Below are positions 11,412 through 25,187 of a stretch of 64,000 nt of DNA, one piece after another. The notes under the pieces are model-generated. The model had not been told where the DNA came from. It ran no database searches and saw only the letters and a program-made list of their open reading frames with translations. A program made the position numbers and the translations under genes. Source of the DNA: Hyaloraphidium curvatum SAG 235-1 (taxonomy: Eukaryota > Fungi > Monoblepharomycota); contig JAIVFI010000028.1 of the NCBI GenBank assembly GCA_025558095.1, positions 372,001 to 436,000 of the forward strand, given 5' to 3'. Each line of letters begins with the position of its first letter. The first letter of the stretch is position 1.

Positions 11412-13952
11412 ATGACGCTGTACGCCGCGCAGAAGGCCGCCCCGCCGGCCGCGCAGCGAGCAAGCCCCGTCGCGGGCCGCTCGGCTGCCAAGCCCCGCCA
11501 GGGCCCCGTGGTGCCGGCCGGCCAGGCTGATCTGCCGCCCAAGCCGGACACGCCGCCGCAGGCCGTCCGCGATGCAGAGAAGCCGGCCAAGGCCGCCACC
11601 TGGTCGGCCGGCCCCAAGCGCCGCTCCTTCCAGCGGGCCTACACGGGTTCCGGTGCCGGTTCGTCGCGCGCGTCCTCGGCGCAGGACCTCGACCACGTGG
11701 GCACCGGACTGCACGTCCACCGAAGATGTTGGCCGCTGACGCCAGTGCCCTCTGTTGTAGCTGGACGACCTCGAGCCGACGCTGCCAAAGAACGGCAGGG
11801 TGTCGATCAACCACCTGCTGAACTTCCGGCTCCCGCCGCGGCAGCACGGCTTCGGCGGATCGTCCGCGCGCAGGTCGACGGGGTCTTCGGGCTGGGACCG
11901 GATGACCCGCGAGCGGTACCTCAATGCCAAGTGGGCACCGGCCGTCGGGGAGGGCCGATTCGCGACCTCACCTGTCTCGCCGCTTTAGCAACCGCTTCGT
12001 CGTGCAAAAGGACGGCAACTACGAGGCCAATCTGCGCGATCCGGACGCGGCCGTCGACTGGGGATCCGTCGTGCAGGTCATCATGCCGACCTCCATGCAG
12101 CGGATGCCGACCTGCCCGATCTGCCTTTCGGAGCCCGTGGCTCCCAAGTGCACCCTGTGCGGTCACGTGTACTGCTACCCATGCATCTTGAGGCACCTGA
12201 GCGTCGCGGAGAAACAGTCAGTTCCCTGGAGGCGTCGCGGCGGGCCGGAATCTGACAGTCTCCCCCCCCAGCAACCGCCGCTGCCCGGTGTGCTTCGACG
12301 ACATCCGCGAACGCGAGCTCCGCAGCGTCTCGTTCCTCGCCATGGAGAGCCAGACTCTGCCGCCGAGCCCGACGCTGGAGCGCGCCGACGTTTCGTCCAA
12401 GGTCTCGCTGGACATGATCCTGATGCACCGCAGCGCCGTTGGTTTCGTGTCTGCAGAGCTGCAGAACGATTCGCTCACCGACGATCTGCCGCGCAGTCGT
12501 CGACGCTGGCCTTGCCGATGCACGTCCCTGCCCCACACGTGGTCGATCCCGACACGGGCCGCCCTGCGGCAGTGTTTCCTCGCGTGACGGACCACGAAGC
12601 CGCGCGCTACGCCAAGATTCTGCTCGCGGAGCCCGAGTACGTCGCCGTCGAGATCTTTGAGCGCGAGGCGATGGAGATGGAGAGGGTGCTGCAGGACAAC
12701 AAGGACCTGGAGGCGCTCGAGCGCCGCTACATCGAGATGGCGAGGGACACGTCGCTGGGCCGGATGCACGTCGCACAAACGGGGCAGCCCGCCATTCACG
12801 GCGTCCCCATCCCGGCCAAGGGCAAGTCGCCCAGCGCGGCCTCCACCCCGCTCACGAGCCCGCAGAGCTCGTTCGGGTCGCCTCCGACATTTCGTTCCTC
12901 GCCTCCCGTGCCGTTCCCGGGCGAACGCACGTTCCATTTCTACCAGGCGGCCGATGGCTCCCACGTGTATCTGCATCCCCTCGACGTGAGGATCCTGAAG
13001 CAGGAGTTTGGCGACTACGCCGCTTTTCCGCCGCGGATCGCGGCCCAGGTCAAGGAATTCGAGGATGGCTCCGTCAACTCGGACCTGCGGAAACGCTTCC
13101 GTTACTTGGGCCACCTTCCTCTGGGATGCGATGTCACTCTGGCGGAGATCGTGCTGGACGGCATCGTTTCTGAGGCCACCCAAGCAAGGTAGGCTCTTCG
13201 CGTTGTCGATGCTGAGAAGACGGGCTAACTTGCGCACCAAATGCCAGCTTCAGCAAGGAGCTCGCGGCGCGGGACGAACGGCGGGATCTGAAGCGCAAGC
13301 AGGCCAAGGAGGACGAGGAGCGTCAGCAGAGGGAGGCGCGTCGCCTTCAGCGGATCCAGAACGCGCGATCGCGAGAGGGCATCACGGCTCCCGTCTCGGC
13401 TGTCGGCCTGGCGGACATTGAGGCGGAGGACGAGCCCATCTTTGATATAAGCGATCTGGCCGGCGCCGTCCCTACCTACGTGACGCCAACACCGACGCTG
13501 AGCTTTGCGCGAGCGATCGCGTCGCCGAAAGCTCCAGCTACTGGTGGCGCGAGGAAGCCCGAGCCCTCGGAACGCGCGGGACGCGGGCAACCGCCACCGG
13601 TGGATCTGAGCCGCGGGGTCACGATCGGTTCGTCTCCGTGTTGCCCGCGAACTGCAATCGCCGGTGACGTCGCGTCAAACTCGCAGGCCACGAGATGGGA
13701 AAGGGTCCCCGCAACCGTCCCTTGGACGAGGAAGATGACGTGGACGAGGATTCTCTCCAGTATGTCTACCACCGGTCTTCGTCGAGCGCCACCTTCGGGC
13801 TCCTTGTCGATGACGATCACGTCCAACCCTGGGCCTCTTTCGAAGCCAAGGAGCTAGTCGATGCTGGTGCATCTGCGGCGGAGGATGGAAAGAAGAAGGC
13901 AAAGACCAAGAAGGTCACGTTGTTCTCGAACGGGGGAGCGCGGAGGAAGTAA
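11412..13952 (+). CDS. MAG2: RING E3 ubiquitin ligase RNF10/Mag2 homolog, multi-exon
   Basis: SINHLLNF, DPDAAVDW, CPICL...CGHVYCYPCI RING, FYQAADGSHVYLHPLDVRIL, LRKRFRYLGHLPL; C-terminal LFSNGG. Confidence 0.88.
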
Positions 13953-14099
13953 AGTTGGGCAGAGACTTGGGCAGTCTTTGTTTGACGTCGTTTGTTGCCT
14001 GCGGGTTCGTGCAATTGCAAATGAATGGTCGGACCAATCGATCCCACGATTGAGGCGTCACGTTGCTGACAGAGAAGATCTAAGTGGAAATGGAGAACG

Positions 14100-15445
14100 C
14101 TACAGAAGGGTCTCTCCTAGGGTGGATCGCACCAACCCGCAACCAACGGAGACGGTCTGGAGCATGTTGTTCTGGTCGCCCAAAATAGGATTGACCTCCA
14201 TGAGGTCCATGGCAACCAGACAGCCAGTTTCCGCCACCGCTTCGCTGAAAAAAGCGCAAATGTGAGGCAGGCTCGACCCCCGCCTGGTCAGCACACGTAC
14301 CAAATGTAATGGCCCTCCCGGAAAGTCAGTCCTCCACGGACCGGGGTCCCCGTGCATGGAATCACGGACGGATCCTACAATTGCGGGGATGTGTTGCCGC
14401 TCGTCGCCATACCCAAAGGGCCAGGAGCTTGTACTTACCAGCGCATCGACATCGAATGAGAGGTGGATCGGCTTGTCTCGCTTCGGGTTCACCTGCGTGA
14501 CAGGTCGAGAAGTCAACGGACGCGCCATGGAGCAGAACGTCTCCACGAACGTGGTCCAAGGCCAGTTCCATGACACGACCGATCCCGTACTTGTCCACCT
14601 CGTGCATGGAGAACGCCTTGACGCCATGCTTCCGAAGGATGGTCTTTTCCGGAGCATCCAGATCTGCAGGGATCGATCTAAATCAACGGATCTCAGGCGC
14701 GAGATAAGCACGACGGACCGCGGAGGCCAATGTAGACGATCCGATCCGCCGTTAGGCACGGCTTCAACCACCGCAACGGTTCCACGTCTTCCGCTATCCC
14801 CAGGAGGAAGCTGACCGGGCAGCCGTGCAGGTTGCCGGAATGTGTTGTTTCCGGGGTGTTGATGTCCTTTTTCCGCGTCAGCACCCAGCCAAAAGAGCGG
14901 TGCAAACGATACTCACAGCATGCGCATCAATCCAAACGACCACGAGGTCCTGGTAGTGGGCGGCCGAACCCGATACCGTGCCCAGGGCGAGCGAATGGTC
15001 CCCCCCGAGCGTGACCGCGACGTTCCCCTTCTGGCACTGCTCGTACACCCTTCGATGCACGTCCTCCGCCACTCTTGAAACATAGCGGACCTAGATCGGT
15101 CCGTGAGCCGCGGCAGAGTGGGTTACCGGGGAATGTGACCACCTTTCGGAGCTTTCCAATTGGAGGGTCCTCCTTCGGTCTCAATCGCTCGTACGCGGGG
15201 AGCTCTTCGTCGTAGTCCACATTCCACCCCAAGCTTTCAATTTGATCGACGAGACCGAAATCCAAAAGGTGGCTCGGGCCCTCCTCCACCCCGTTCTTCG
15301 GCTGCCCTCCCGAAAACGGCGCGCTGATGATCCCGACCTGGTGCAACCCTCAGCATCCCGCACATCGCCGGCGGCGATTGAATCCTACTGTGCCGGATGT
15401 TGCAAACTTGCTCCTCTTCGGAGGCGGAAGGTCCGCGGTGTCCAT
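14100..15445 (-). CDS. CAR1: Arginase, multi-exon
   Basis: [70 protein letters not shown]. Confidence 0.95.
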
Positions 15446-15670
15446 CGCCGAGAGCGACACCGGGTGTCTCTCCAACCACGAGGCGCTCGTGACGCTCGAC
15501 GGCTTGGGCACCCCCACCCTCTGGAAACACGGTACGGTAGGTCACCTCGGCGGGTACTCGAATCGCTGTGAAGGAGGGGGCCTCTTTGTGCGCGAAACGC
15601 GAAGCGGAATGGAGAGATCGAGATAGGGTTTTCGTCGGAGCAGCACGAGGGGCCCCTGTCCCAACGCAGG

Positions 15671-18600
15671 ATGCAGGGCAGGGGCCAGCGGGGCGGGGTC
15701 AGCGCGGCCTTTGCCGCGAGGCTTGGGCTCCTGCCCCCCCCAGGAGCCGCGCAGCGGCCGGAGGATCGCGCGGAGGAGGCCGCAGCACCCGCTGCAGACG
15801 CGCGATCAAAGACGAGCGCTTCTCGCGACGTCTTCACTCTGTGGACCCACGATGAGCGCTTTTCGAAAGAAGTCGGTACCTTGCCGGGGTTGGAACACGA
15901 TCGGTTGCTGAAGGACGCGTTCCGGACGCGTTCAGGAGATCCTTATCAATCCGCAGGTTCTACCCGGAGTCAGGCCCAACGACGTCCTTGAGCTGTATTT
16001 GGCGCGGCCCTCGATCATTTCTGCGCCGTCGCACACTAGGACTCACAGTCGGGGGGCTTCTTCGGCGCCGGAAGTTCCGCACGAGGATCCTGCGAAGGGG
16101 CCCACACCATCCGACCCTTCCGCTCAACGGAACCCCACGGAACCGCGCAACCCAAACAAACGGCTGATTCTGCAAGCCGTCATAGCAGATAAGGAAGTGC
16201 TGACCAAGCAGCCCCAGCTGCAAGTCCGTTTTCCGGGCGGTGCTGTTCTTCCACTTGGCTTACCGGCGTTTGCAGATCTCTTTGGACCGCACCGTGGCTT
16301 CTTTGTTCGAGATTCCTTCCAGAACCGAAGTGGTGGTCCGGAAGGTTCGTTCTGTGGAGCTGAGGGGACCGGTTCTCTTAGACGTTTGCAGATCGATCCT
16401 CTCACAGTCGCTGTGGACTACATTGAGGTGCTGTTCCGGGATCAATACATTGGCAGGGCGGACATGTGGCGGCTCAAGATGGCGATCATCAATACCTGCG
16501 TCTGGATTGGCAAGAAGGTGACTTACGCAGGGGTGATCCGGGCGAGGATCAGGGGCGTCTACGCCAACGGCTTACCAGTGAGTACGGAGGCTTGGATTGA
16601 GTTGGCATCCGACGTTGAGCTCAACCATCGTCCACAAGGTCAGCAGCGGATACGTCCTGGGGACCACTAAGCTCATTTTTCGTTCCGAGTCGGCAAAGTT
16701 CTTCGTGTTCCTCCAGCTTTCGCGGGAAATGTGGGAGTTTGCAGAGGATTCGGAGCTCATGGTGGAGAAGGCCGTCCAGGGCTTTCTGCCGGAGCTGTTC
16801 GCGAAGTGGAAAGACAGCGGCGCAAACCATGTGGTCACCATCGTGCTTTTCACGCGGATCTTTTACGACGGCCGCCATCCGGCAGAGGACGACTCTGCCG
16901 ACCCTGCGGTGACGATTGATCCCTGCACTGGGCGACTGAAGAAGGATTTTTTCCGGGTCGTGGCCGATTTCGAGAGCCGCTCCGATTGGACCACGGTGCT
17001 TCCGATAGTGAAGCGAGCCATAGGATCTTTTGCGGAGTCGGTCCTCTGTTCCTACGGCTCCGTTACGGCAGCAGGTGGCGGAACCTTCGTCGGTTCGAAC
17101 TCGCGCTCTGAGGAGGGGTGCGTGTTGGAAGCCATAAACCTGGCCCTCAACTCGTTCGACCGACACTATGTCGATCGCGATCTCTTGCGGACCGGCTTGT
17201 CCATCGTTCTGGTCACTCCTGGCAGCGGGACGTTCAAAGTCAACGAGCCTGTCTTTCGCCTCACATCGCAGAGGATGGTGGACAATGGCATAGGGTTCGT
17301 GTGTGCCGTGGTCAGCGGCATTGATGTTCCCTGATCGCCGCCGTAGATTGGACCTAGTGTGCCTGTCTCCCCCGCCCCTCTACACAGCACCGCTTTTCCA
17401 ATTCTTTGCGGGAGGTGCGCCAAGATCCGTGGCTGCCCCAGCAGAGAAATCGGAGGCATGGTCAAACGACAACCGTGGTTACGATGATGCGGAGGACACG
17501 GACGGGCTCGAATCTGACCTCTTTGTCATTCCGCACTGGATCGACCTGAGCTTCTGGACTCGCGCGGGGACCGGCGAGGTTTCTTTTCTCTCTCGTGCAA
17601 AGCTCGACGATTGCCAGAACTTGTACATCGTTCGAAGCGCGGGGGACGACATTGTACTCGGACGCGGTTTCGCACCCCAGGAGGTCTCTGGCATGGATCA
17701 GGCTGCGCACGATGCAGGTGCCTTCCTTGTTCAGGGACACGAGAGAGACGCGGCAAGCGACCGACCAGCGGGCGACGCGATCCAGCTATCCATAGACGGC
17801 CCCGGATTTAGTCCGCGGAAAGGTTCCGAAAATGCCGACTCTGGTGAGCCACTGCGTCTTTCAGTCCCTCGTGCGTCGGATGCAACCCTTCTCCCGTATC
17901 TTTGCAGGTGATGTCCTCACACACGGGCTACCGGAACATGGGCAATCGCCAGAGCGCCCGCGACAGGCCCTCCTGGGAGCCATGCCCATCTCCATTCGGC
18001 CCAAGTTGAAGCCCGCCGGGTCGCAGGCTAGCTCCTTCGATGAACGGTTTCGGGACTCCAGCCTGTCAAGTCTGCCACGTGGGACTCCCATGAGCAGGTT
18101 CCGGAAGCCGTCCCCAGGGAAGCAGGTCAGTCTAGTGCGGTCTTGAGCTCCATCAGGGCACCTGCTCACGAACGAACAGGCGTCCGGGGCCAAAGCGACC
18201 GTCAAGTCGGGTGATCATTTGAACCCATACAATCCCTCAAAGAACCTCCTCCGGATGACGGCGCACATTCGCCGTTGGCACCACATCTTTCCCAAGCTGG
18301 AGCAGTACGCCGAAGATGACCCGGCGATCAAATGGGTCTCTCTATCGACACCTGCCTGCCTGCCGCTGACGACCGACTTCTTTCCGAACACGAAGCAGCT
18401 GGCCGAGCGCTACCACGAATACAGCTACATCCTCTCACCGTTCATAGACGAGGCCAACATGTTTGTCGACTTTGCCTCCAAGGATGTGCGCAATCTGGAT
18501 GCACTTCTCATGGAGCTCGTCTATCACCGGCTTGCGCAGGGGTTTCAGATCATTGTTTTCACGGGCTCAGTCGACATTAGCTTCCAGAAGGGCCCTTCGG

Positions 18601-20646
18601 TCAAGGGCGCGGCGTCAGGGAGCTTCAACAGGAGTCTGTCTGCATCCGAAGTGGATAGGAAGGCCGTCGCCATGAACGATACTGGGATGTGGATGCATTC
18701 TTCGCTGGGAAAGCACATCTATCTTAGCCTGGGCGACCACGTTCATCACCTTACTTACGACTCCCTGGCGCAAAACATCGAGGTCAAGCGATATGTACGC
18801 AAAGCGTCGCGAGCCGCGGCCACGGCGTCGTTCCATTTTGGGATCTGGCCCAGGGAGGGGCCCGAATTCCGCTCCGTCTCGGTGCGCTTCGAAGATGCGC
18901 GTCTGACAAACTACAACTGGAACTACCTGGACCACCTCATTGCCGGCTACCAGGAGGAGCTCACCGATTCCTTGCGCTTCTGGCGGACCCGTTTCCTTCT
19001 CATTCCGATGGATGCGCCGCCGCTGCAGTCATCCCTCATGCTGGCCACGGCCGAAACCTTGGACGAGGAGGAGCTCAGGCTTGCGGGGTTTTCGAAGTTT
19101 CTCGAGGTCTTTGAGAAGGCTCGTTGGCTCTCTCCGTCGGAGAAGCGGGCAACGGAGTCGAAAGCCGCCAAACCACAAGGAGTTCAAGTCAATCTCACCA
19201 CATTCAGCACGGCTGGCTACGTCGCGCACGAGTGGCTGAAGGGGTCCGCTGACGATCCGGCGGGTCGGGCGAAGGGCGGGACGGCGGCGGGATCCGGGCA
19301 GGCCGTGACGACCCCACTATCTGATGCCGCGGGCAAGGAAGGGCCCTTGACGAGGCAGTCTTCTCTGCCCGCCATTGCGGCGGCGATGCAGCAGCCTGGC
19401 GCGGTGCCGTTCAAGGATCGGCGTTGGCATTTCCGGCTATACGAGGGCACATTCTTGGGCAGCGAATGCGTGGATTGGATGATGCAAGCGTTCTCTGACA
19501 TTGATTCTCGAGAAGCAGCTATTTCCTTTGGAGACGAGCTCCTCGACAAGGGGTTGTTCATCCACGTGAACCAGAAGCACAGGTTCCTGGACGGGTACTA
19601 CTACTATCGGTTGAAGGAAGAATTCGCGCCGCCTAGGTCCATGCTGGCGAAAGGGCTACGTTGGCTTGCTGGAGGAAAGCAGAACGCAACTGCGGACGTT
19701 TCGTCCAACAAGCCGAAGGGTGACGGAGGGTCTGACGCGCTTCTAGGTTCCAGCAAAGCCACTGACCCGCAACCCGGGTCAACAGAACCCGTGACCCCGT
19801 CAACCGCACGGCATGTCGTAGAGCTTAGCCGGTCTTTGATCGTGGACATGGATCCCCAGAAGCGCAGCAACCGTCGCGAACTCGCAATCGTTCACTATGA
19901 TACGGTTCACAACCCGAAAGCCTGCTACCATTTCCAGCTCCACTGGCTGTCTTGTACTGCCAGGCTCATGGAGGACATGCTGTCGTCGTGGGCCCGCACT
20001 GCGGACAAGTGCGGCCTGCGCATGGTCGAGGCTCCGGTCGAGCAAATCCAAGAGTTCTCTCCAGACAACCCGTTCCGCTCAGTGTCAGTTCTGCACTTGA
20101 GCGTGGAGCCTCCTCTGCGCGAGGAGGTTAAGCGCACCCTCGCCCTGGAGGTGGACATACCGGTCTTGTGGTTCGAAATGGAATTTCTTCGTTCCCAGGG
20201 CTTCATCATCGACGTGGAGGCGGACGACCGCTTCCCAAAGAACAGCACTCTCTACTCCTATAGGCACCCTCCCCACACGTACACGCAGTTTGTCCACAGA
20301 ACGGGACTCGTCTTTGTGAGTGGTGCCCTCCAGCCAAGCACCAGAACCGCTCATGCAGCTTCCCGCGCAACAGATCCAACTCCTCGGGCCCGGCAAAGGT
20401 TTCCTTTGGGCCAACAACAGGTTCCTAACGTCGAACAGCAGCAGCGTCATGGCTTCGCGCGGCGCCGCTTCCTCATCCTCCGCCGATCTGCTGTGGGAAA
20501 GCTTCCGCGCTGCTTGCTCCGACAAGGCTGGCCTCGTGCAGTTCTGGGAACAATGCCAAGCGAGGCTCACATCTCTGCCCACCGATCTGCTGGAAGACTG
20601 CTTCACCGCCTCCGTCGCGGACGGCACCTTCCAGACACCGGGCTAG
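15671..20646 (+). CDS. IML1: IML1/DEPDC5 (Sea1), GATOR1/SEACIT subunit, multi-exon
   Basis: [20 protein letters not shown]...[18 protein letters not shown]...[24 protein letters not shown] domain DRRWHFRLY...[21 protein letters not shown]. Start codon uncertain. Confidence 0.92.
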
Positions 20647-21372
20647 AAGCTCTGCAGGGTCCCCTTCGTGCTAGGGATGTCATCCGAACCCGTGCGCTCG
20701 ACAGCTTGCCGAAGCGCGAGCGCAAGCCCTTTGAACGCCGACTCGGATCTTGCCCAGACGTCAGCACCAAGTGTCGCTGATCATGAGCGAAAAGCTCACC
20801 TGTGGTGGTCGTTGAAGCCTTTGAGCACATCGACATGCAACGTGATCGCGGCCGATACGGCAAAGGACTCGAACACGTGCGGGATCATTTCGCACGACAG
20901 CTGCCCGATCTTCTCTCGCTTGAGGCCCAGATTGACGTCGGCGAAGGGCCGGCCGGAGATGTCGACAACGACCCTCGACAGGGCCTCATCGAGCGGAGCG
21001 TACGCGTGGCCAAAGCGCTTGATGCCCTTGGCATCGCCTAGCGCTTGTTTGAAGCACGTGCCCAAAACGATTGCGACGTCCTCTGGGAGAGCAGCCGCAT
21101 GAGCCGAATGAACGCCGCGAAGTCCCAAACGGCGACAAACCCGCGGTGTGGTGGTCGCAAATATGCAGATCACCGACGCATTTGAGCTCCAGAGACCACC
21201 GTCCGTGCTTTGCCAGAGCTTCAAGCATGTGGTCCAGGAAGCCGATGCCCGTGTCCACCGCGATCCGCTGGTCCGCAGGGTCCACCCCGAGGGTCAGCGT
21301 GCAAGAAATATCGGTCTCCTTTGTCTTGCGAGAGACGGAAGCCGTCCCGCCGTGCCCTTTGCCGTTCTGCAT
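20643..21372 (-). CDS. HIS3: Imidazoleglycerol-phosphate dehydratase, 2 introns
   Basis: [49 protein letters not shown]. Confidence 0.96.
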
Positions 21373-21483
21373 CGTTTCGTTGGTTGCTTGTTGACTTCAG
21401 CGTGATCGACGAGCGAGTTGCGCCGGCAGTTGCCAGCACCGCGTCGGATCTCTGCACGCGTTTTAGCGCGTCCGGAAGCAACC

Positions 21484-23264
21484 ATGGCGGACCAAGACGC
21501 GCTTCTGGCGCAGTTCATGGACATAGCTCACTGCTCCGAGGACAAGGGTCGGTTGATCTCTGTCGGGAGCGACGTTCGTTGACCTCTCGCTCCTCCGAAT
21601 CAGCTCACTTCTATCTGTCCTCGCACAAGTGGGATCTGGAGGTAGCACTTGCCTCCGCAGAAGCGATGGGACAGTTTTGACCTGCGGTCCGGCCAGGCGG
21701 GTTTGGCTAGTTTCATGGAACTGGAGGAGGGTGAAGCCGCGGGTGCCTCGGAGGACCTTGCAGAGGAGGCAGCGGAATCGCTTCCTGCCCCTTCCAATCC
21801 GCGCGCGTCGGAGAGCGGGTACGCATCGCTCGCGTCATGGGGCGCCCGTGCATCCTGGGTGACTTGGCGCACACCAGTTCGAGACCGGCTCCCAGATCGG
21901 GCAACGTTGCTACGCTCCGGGACTTTGCGGACGGAGATCATGACCACGACAGTGATGATGACAAAGATCAGTCGTTCTATGCTGGAGGCGAAAAGTCGTA
22001 TGTGGTTTGGCACTTGTGGGCGTTGGGGACGTTACCAACTGCGAACGGCAGCGGAATCATGATGAAGGGCGGTCCGAAGAAGCCTCCGGCGACGGACGTT
22101 GTTCAGAACATATTGGAAATGGCAGCCAAGTCTGTGCGGCGTCGGTCCGCCTCCGGGTCGTTGTTCTAATGCGGGGCGCAGGGCGAGGCCCCCGGAAGGC
22201 GAGTCGGAAGACGAAGACGAGGTCACCGTGCCTACCAAGCCGCAAGCCTTCACCGGAGCTGGTGGGGGATCCGTAGCGGATTGAAAAAGTCTCTCCGACC
22301 CATGTGCCTGTTGCAGGGTACCGATTGGGCAGCGAGGATGATGCCCGGAGCAGGCCGTCGGCCCCCGGTCAGCCATCCCCTCAGCCTGCAGGTTCAACCA
22401 ATCCCGTCTCAGAGGCGCGGCCGGTGGAGACTGTATGTCGCGTTACCTTGGGTATGCGCGGCTTTGCTGATGCCGATGCAGGCCGTCCGGCACCTCACCT
22501 TCTGGCGCAACGGTTTCACTGTTGAGGACGGACCGCTTCTCAGCTACGACGATCCACAGAATCAAGACTTCCTGCAGGCAATCAAGTCTGGGTAAGGCCT
22601 GCCATCACGGGCTGCGAGCCGTACTCATTCCTTGGCCATCAGGCGAGCACCTACTCAACTCCTAAACGTTGCCTTTGGCCAATCTGTCGAGGTGAAAGTG
22701 ATGCAGAAGCTGGATGAGGACTACAAGCCGCCGCCAAAGGTGCTGAAGCCTTTCCAGGGCGCGGGCCACAAGTTGGGAGGGTGAGGGCATCCATTGAGAT
22801 CCCTGTGTCCTTCGCTAAGGTCCTTGCAGTGTTGCCAGTGATCTTCCTGCGAGTGTCCCCGGATCCTTCCCGGCTTCTGCTGCGAATCCAATGTTCAAGC
22901 TGGAGGTGGATAACACACAGCCAGTGACGACGTTGCAGATTCGTTTGGCCGACGGAACAAGGTGAGATCACGTCGCACGGACCTGGATCATGTGCTGCGA
23001 CTTACGCATCCTGTAACCTAGGCTGGTTGCCAAGTTCAACCATACGCATACCGTGGGAGACATCCGCTCGTTCATAGCCGCGTAGGTTTGGCACGTCCCA
23101 GATTGGAACTCTGTTCATGCTCTTTGTGCCACAGGTCAAGGCCGGGCGAGAGCCAAAGACCTTTCCAGCTGATGACAGGCTTCCCCACCAAAGTTCTTGC
23201 GTCTGATTCCACCACCATTGCAGAAGCTGGTCTCCTGAATGCCGTCATCACGCAGCGCGTGTAG
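21484..23264 (+). CDS. SHP1: p47/Shp1 (NSFL1C) Cdc48 cofactor, UBA-SEP-UBX, multi-exon
   Basis: [11 protein letters not shown] (UBA-like), [23 protein letters not shown] (SEP), [32 protein letters not shown]. Confidence 0.92.
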
Positions 23265-23637
23265 CTGGGCTGTTTTTGCAGTGCGTGTAACTGGACTGTT
23301 TTCTGATGAGAAAGTGATTGAATGATCCCTGTCATGCATATATTCACTGCGTAGAGGAGAGGGATCGAGTTGTTCCTTTCACCTTCCTTCGTTCCTTCGT
23401 AGGCCACCTTGCATCCAACTTTGTCCGCAGCTTCTGTTCAGCACTGCCTGCGCCTCTGTGGAGCATGACATAGATGTGTGCTTTTCCAATCACCCTTTAT
23501 ATTGTGCTAATCAGCAAATCGCAAATCCTGGAGCCAAAGGCGTGAGCCCTAACTGCGTCAGAAATCGAAGCGCTGGCTGAATTGAAGGAAAAAAGAAAAA
23601 CTCACCAGCCATTCTATGCCGAGGCAGGGTTCGGTCG

Positions 23638-24445
23638 GAAGGCCAGTATGGGAACCCGTTCATTGTTGAGATGCCGAGCCAGGAGTGCCTTGCATCGCAG
23701 GGGAAAGCACCAGGGACAAAGTGATGACATGCATGGCCCTTCATGTGTCACAACATCATCAGCCCAACTCTACATACCTCCCTGGCTTGTCTGTATGCGA
23801 TCGATCACTGGCCAGTACCCTCTTGCAGTTCATGACCATGATTGGGCTCTCAAGAAGGGCAAGTTCAGGGAGATCAACACCCAGAAGCTCAAGGACAATG
23901 ACAAGCAAGCTACACTTCTGGAGGATGTGTGACATGACCTTTGGTCACATTGCACCGCACTGATCCGGGTGGAGAAGCACCGGAGGGACGTCCAGAAGCT
24001 GCTCTGCTCTACCCACGACCTGGAGGTGGAGACAGGCAGGCGCCAAGGACTTGAGGTGCAGCAGAGGATGTGCAAACATGACCCTGAGCACATTGGAGCG
24101 AGACAAACAACAATTTCTGTTCCACTGTTCAGCAAATGGAGAGCTGTTGAAGAGCGGAGCCAGAAGCTGCAGACCAGACTGGAAACATTGGACCGCGAGC
24201 GGGTGGAACATGGAGACCTGGCTCTGGGCTCTTAGCATCAAAGAGTTCGAGCCCACAATCAAAGTGAGGCGGCAAAAGGAGAAGGCCCTCCATTGCCAGC
24301 TTCCTCTGAAAGTCCATGAAGGACAGAAAACGGGGAAAATGAAAAAGATGCACGACGACAAACTTCAAATTAGCAGCAAACTGATAGGATAACAGCGGCC
24401 AAGCCAGAGGCTGGTCCGGGTCACAAATACGACTATATTCTATAC
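23638..24445 (+). mobile_element. Degenerate non-LTR retrotransposon 3' fragment (copy A)
   Basis: Homologous to 29700-30607 (GQYPLAVHDH, HDLEVETGR, CKHDPEHIG); frameshifted; ends in shared 3' UTR and CTAT(A)TT-type tail. Confidence 0.8.
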
Positions 24446-25187
24446 ATCTCAAAAGTCTCCAGCACTGCCGCGACCCTTGCTCCGGATAGCATTGTTGCTC
24501 AGATGCTCCTCCCAGGTACGTTTCTCTCCTTCTCCCATCCACCTTAATTTGCAGTAAAAGTTCCGGTGAAAGTACGCTTTTCTCGAGCTTGCGCTCGACA
24601 TTTTGGTACAGAATCTTTAGGCTGGTCCGGGTCGCGTTTTCCTAGTCACGCGCAGTGTGCTTTTCAGCTGGGAAAAGCAAGGGGAAGAAGAAACTCCAGG
24701 CGAAAGTGCAGGCTCAGTAAGAGATGGAAAAGCCAGAGAAAGAGCAACAAAAAGAAGCGCAACAAGAAGCCGGAGGAGAGCAGTTCAGACTCAGATATCT
24801 AGATCCGAGGGGAAGGTGGCGCGCAAAAGTCAAAACCCCCGGATGTACAGAAGAAGTCCCTTGTTTTGCGCATGAACATAAAGTTTAGGAATGCTTGGGC
24901 GCTAGTGCTAGTTTTGGTGGATGTGCAACAAGACCGAATTTTGTTGGCAAAGAGTTTGAGAAACCCACAATTTGAACTCGGGGTGAAATTGGAAAGGCCA
25001 ATTGAGATCACCACCGCCTATGGATCGGCTTTCCCTCAAGGAATTGTGTGTATGATGTGGCTCTTGGCTCTGTCCACCATCGGGCTCAGGAGAGGCAATG
25101 GGGCAGTGATGTTTCATTCCTTTTTCCCAGAAGCGCCCCGTGGAAGCTGTCTGGCACATGTGGTTTGAGGTCACGTGCCTCCCAACG

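Noticed and set aside
9662-11617. 651-aa and 517-aa extended ORFs over uL2m
   Set aside because: Alternative-frame or upstream read-through in GC-rich DNA; the presequence-like start is at 10953.
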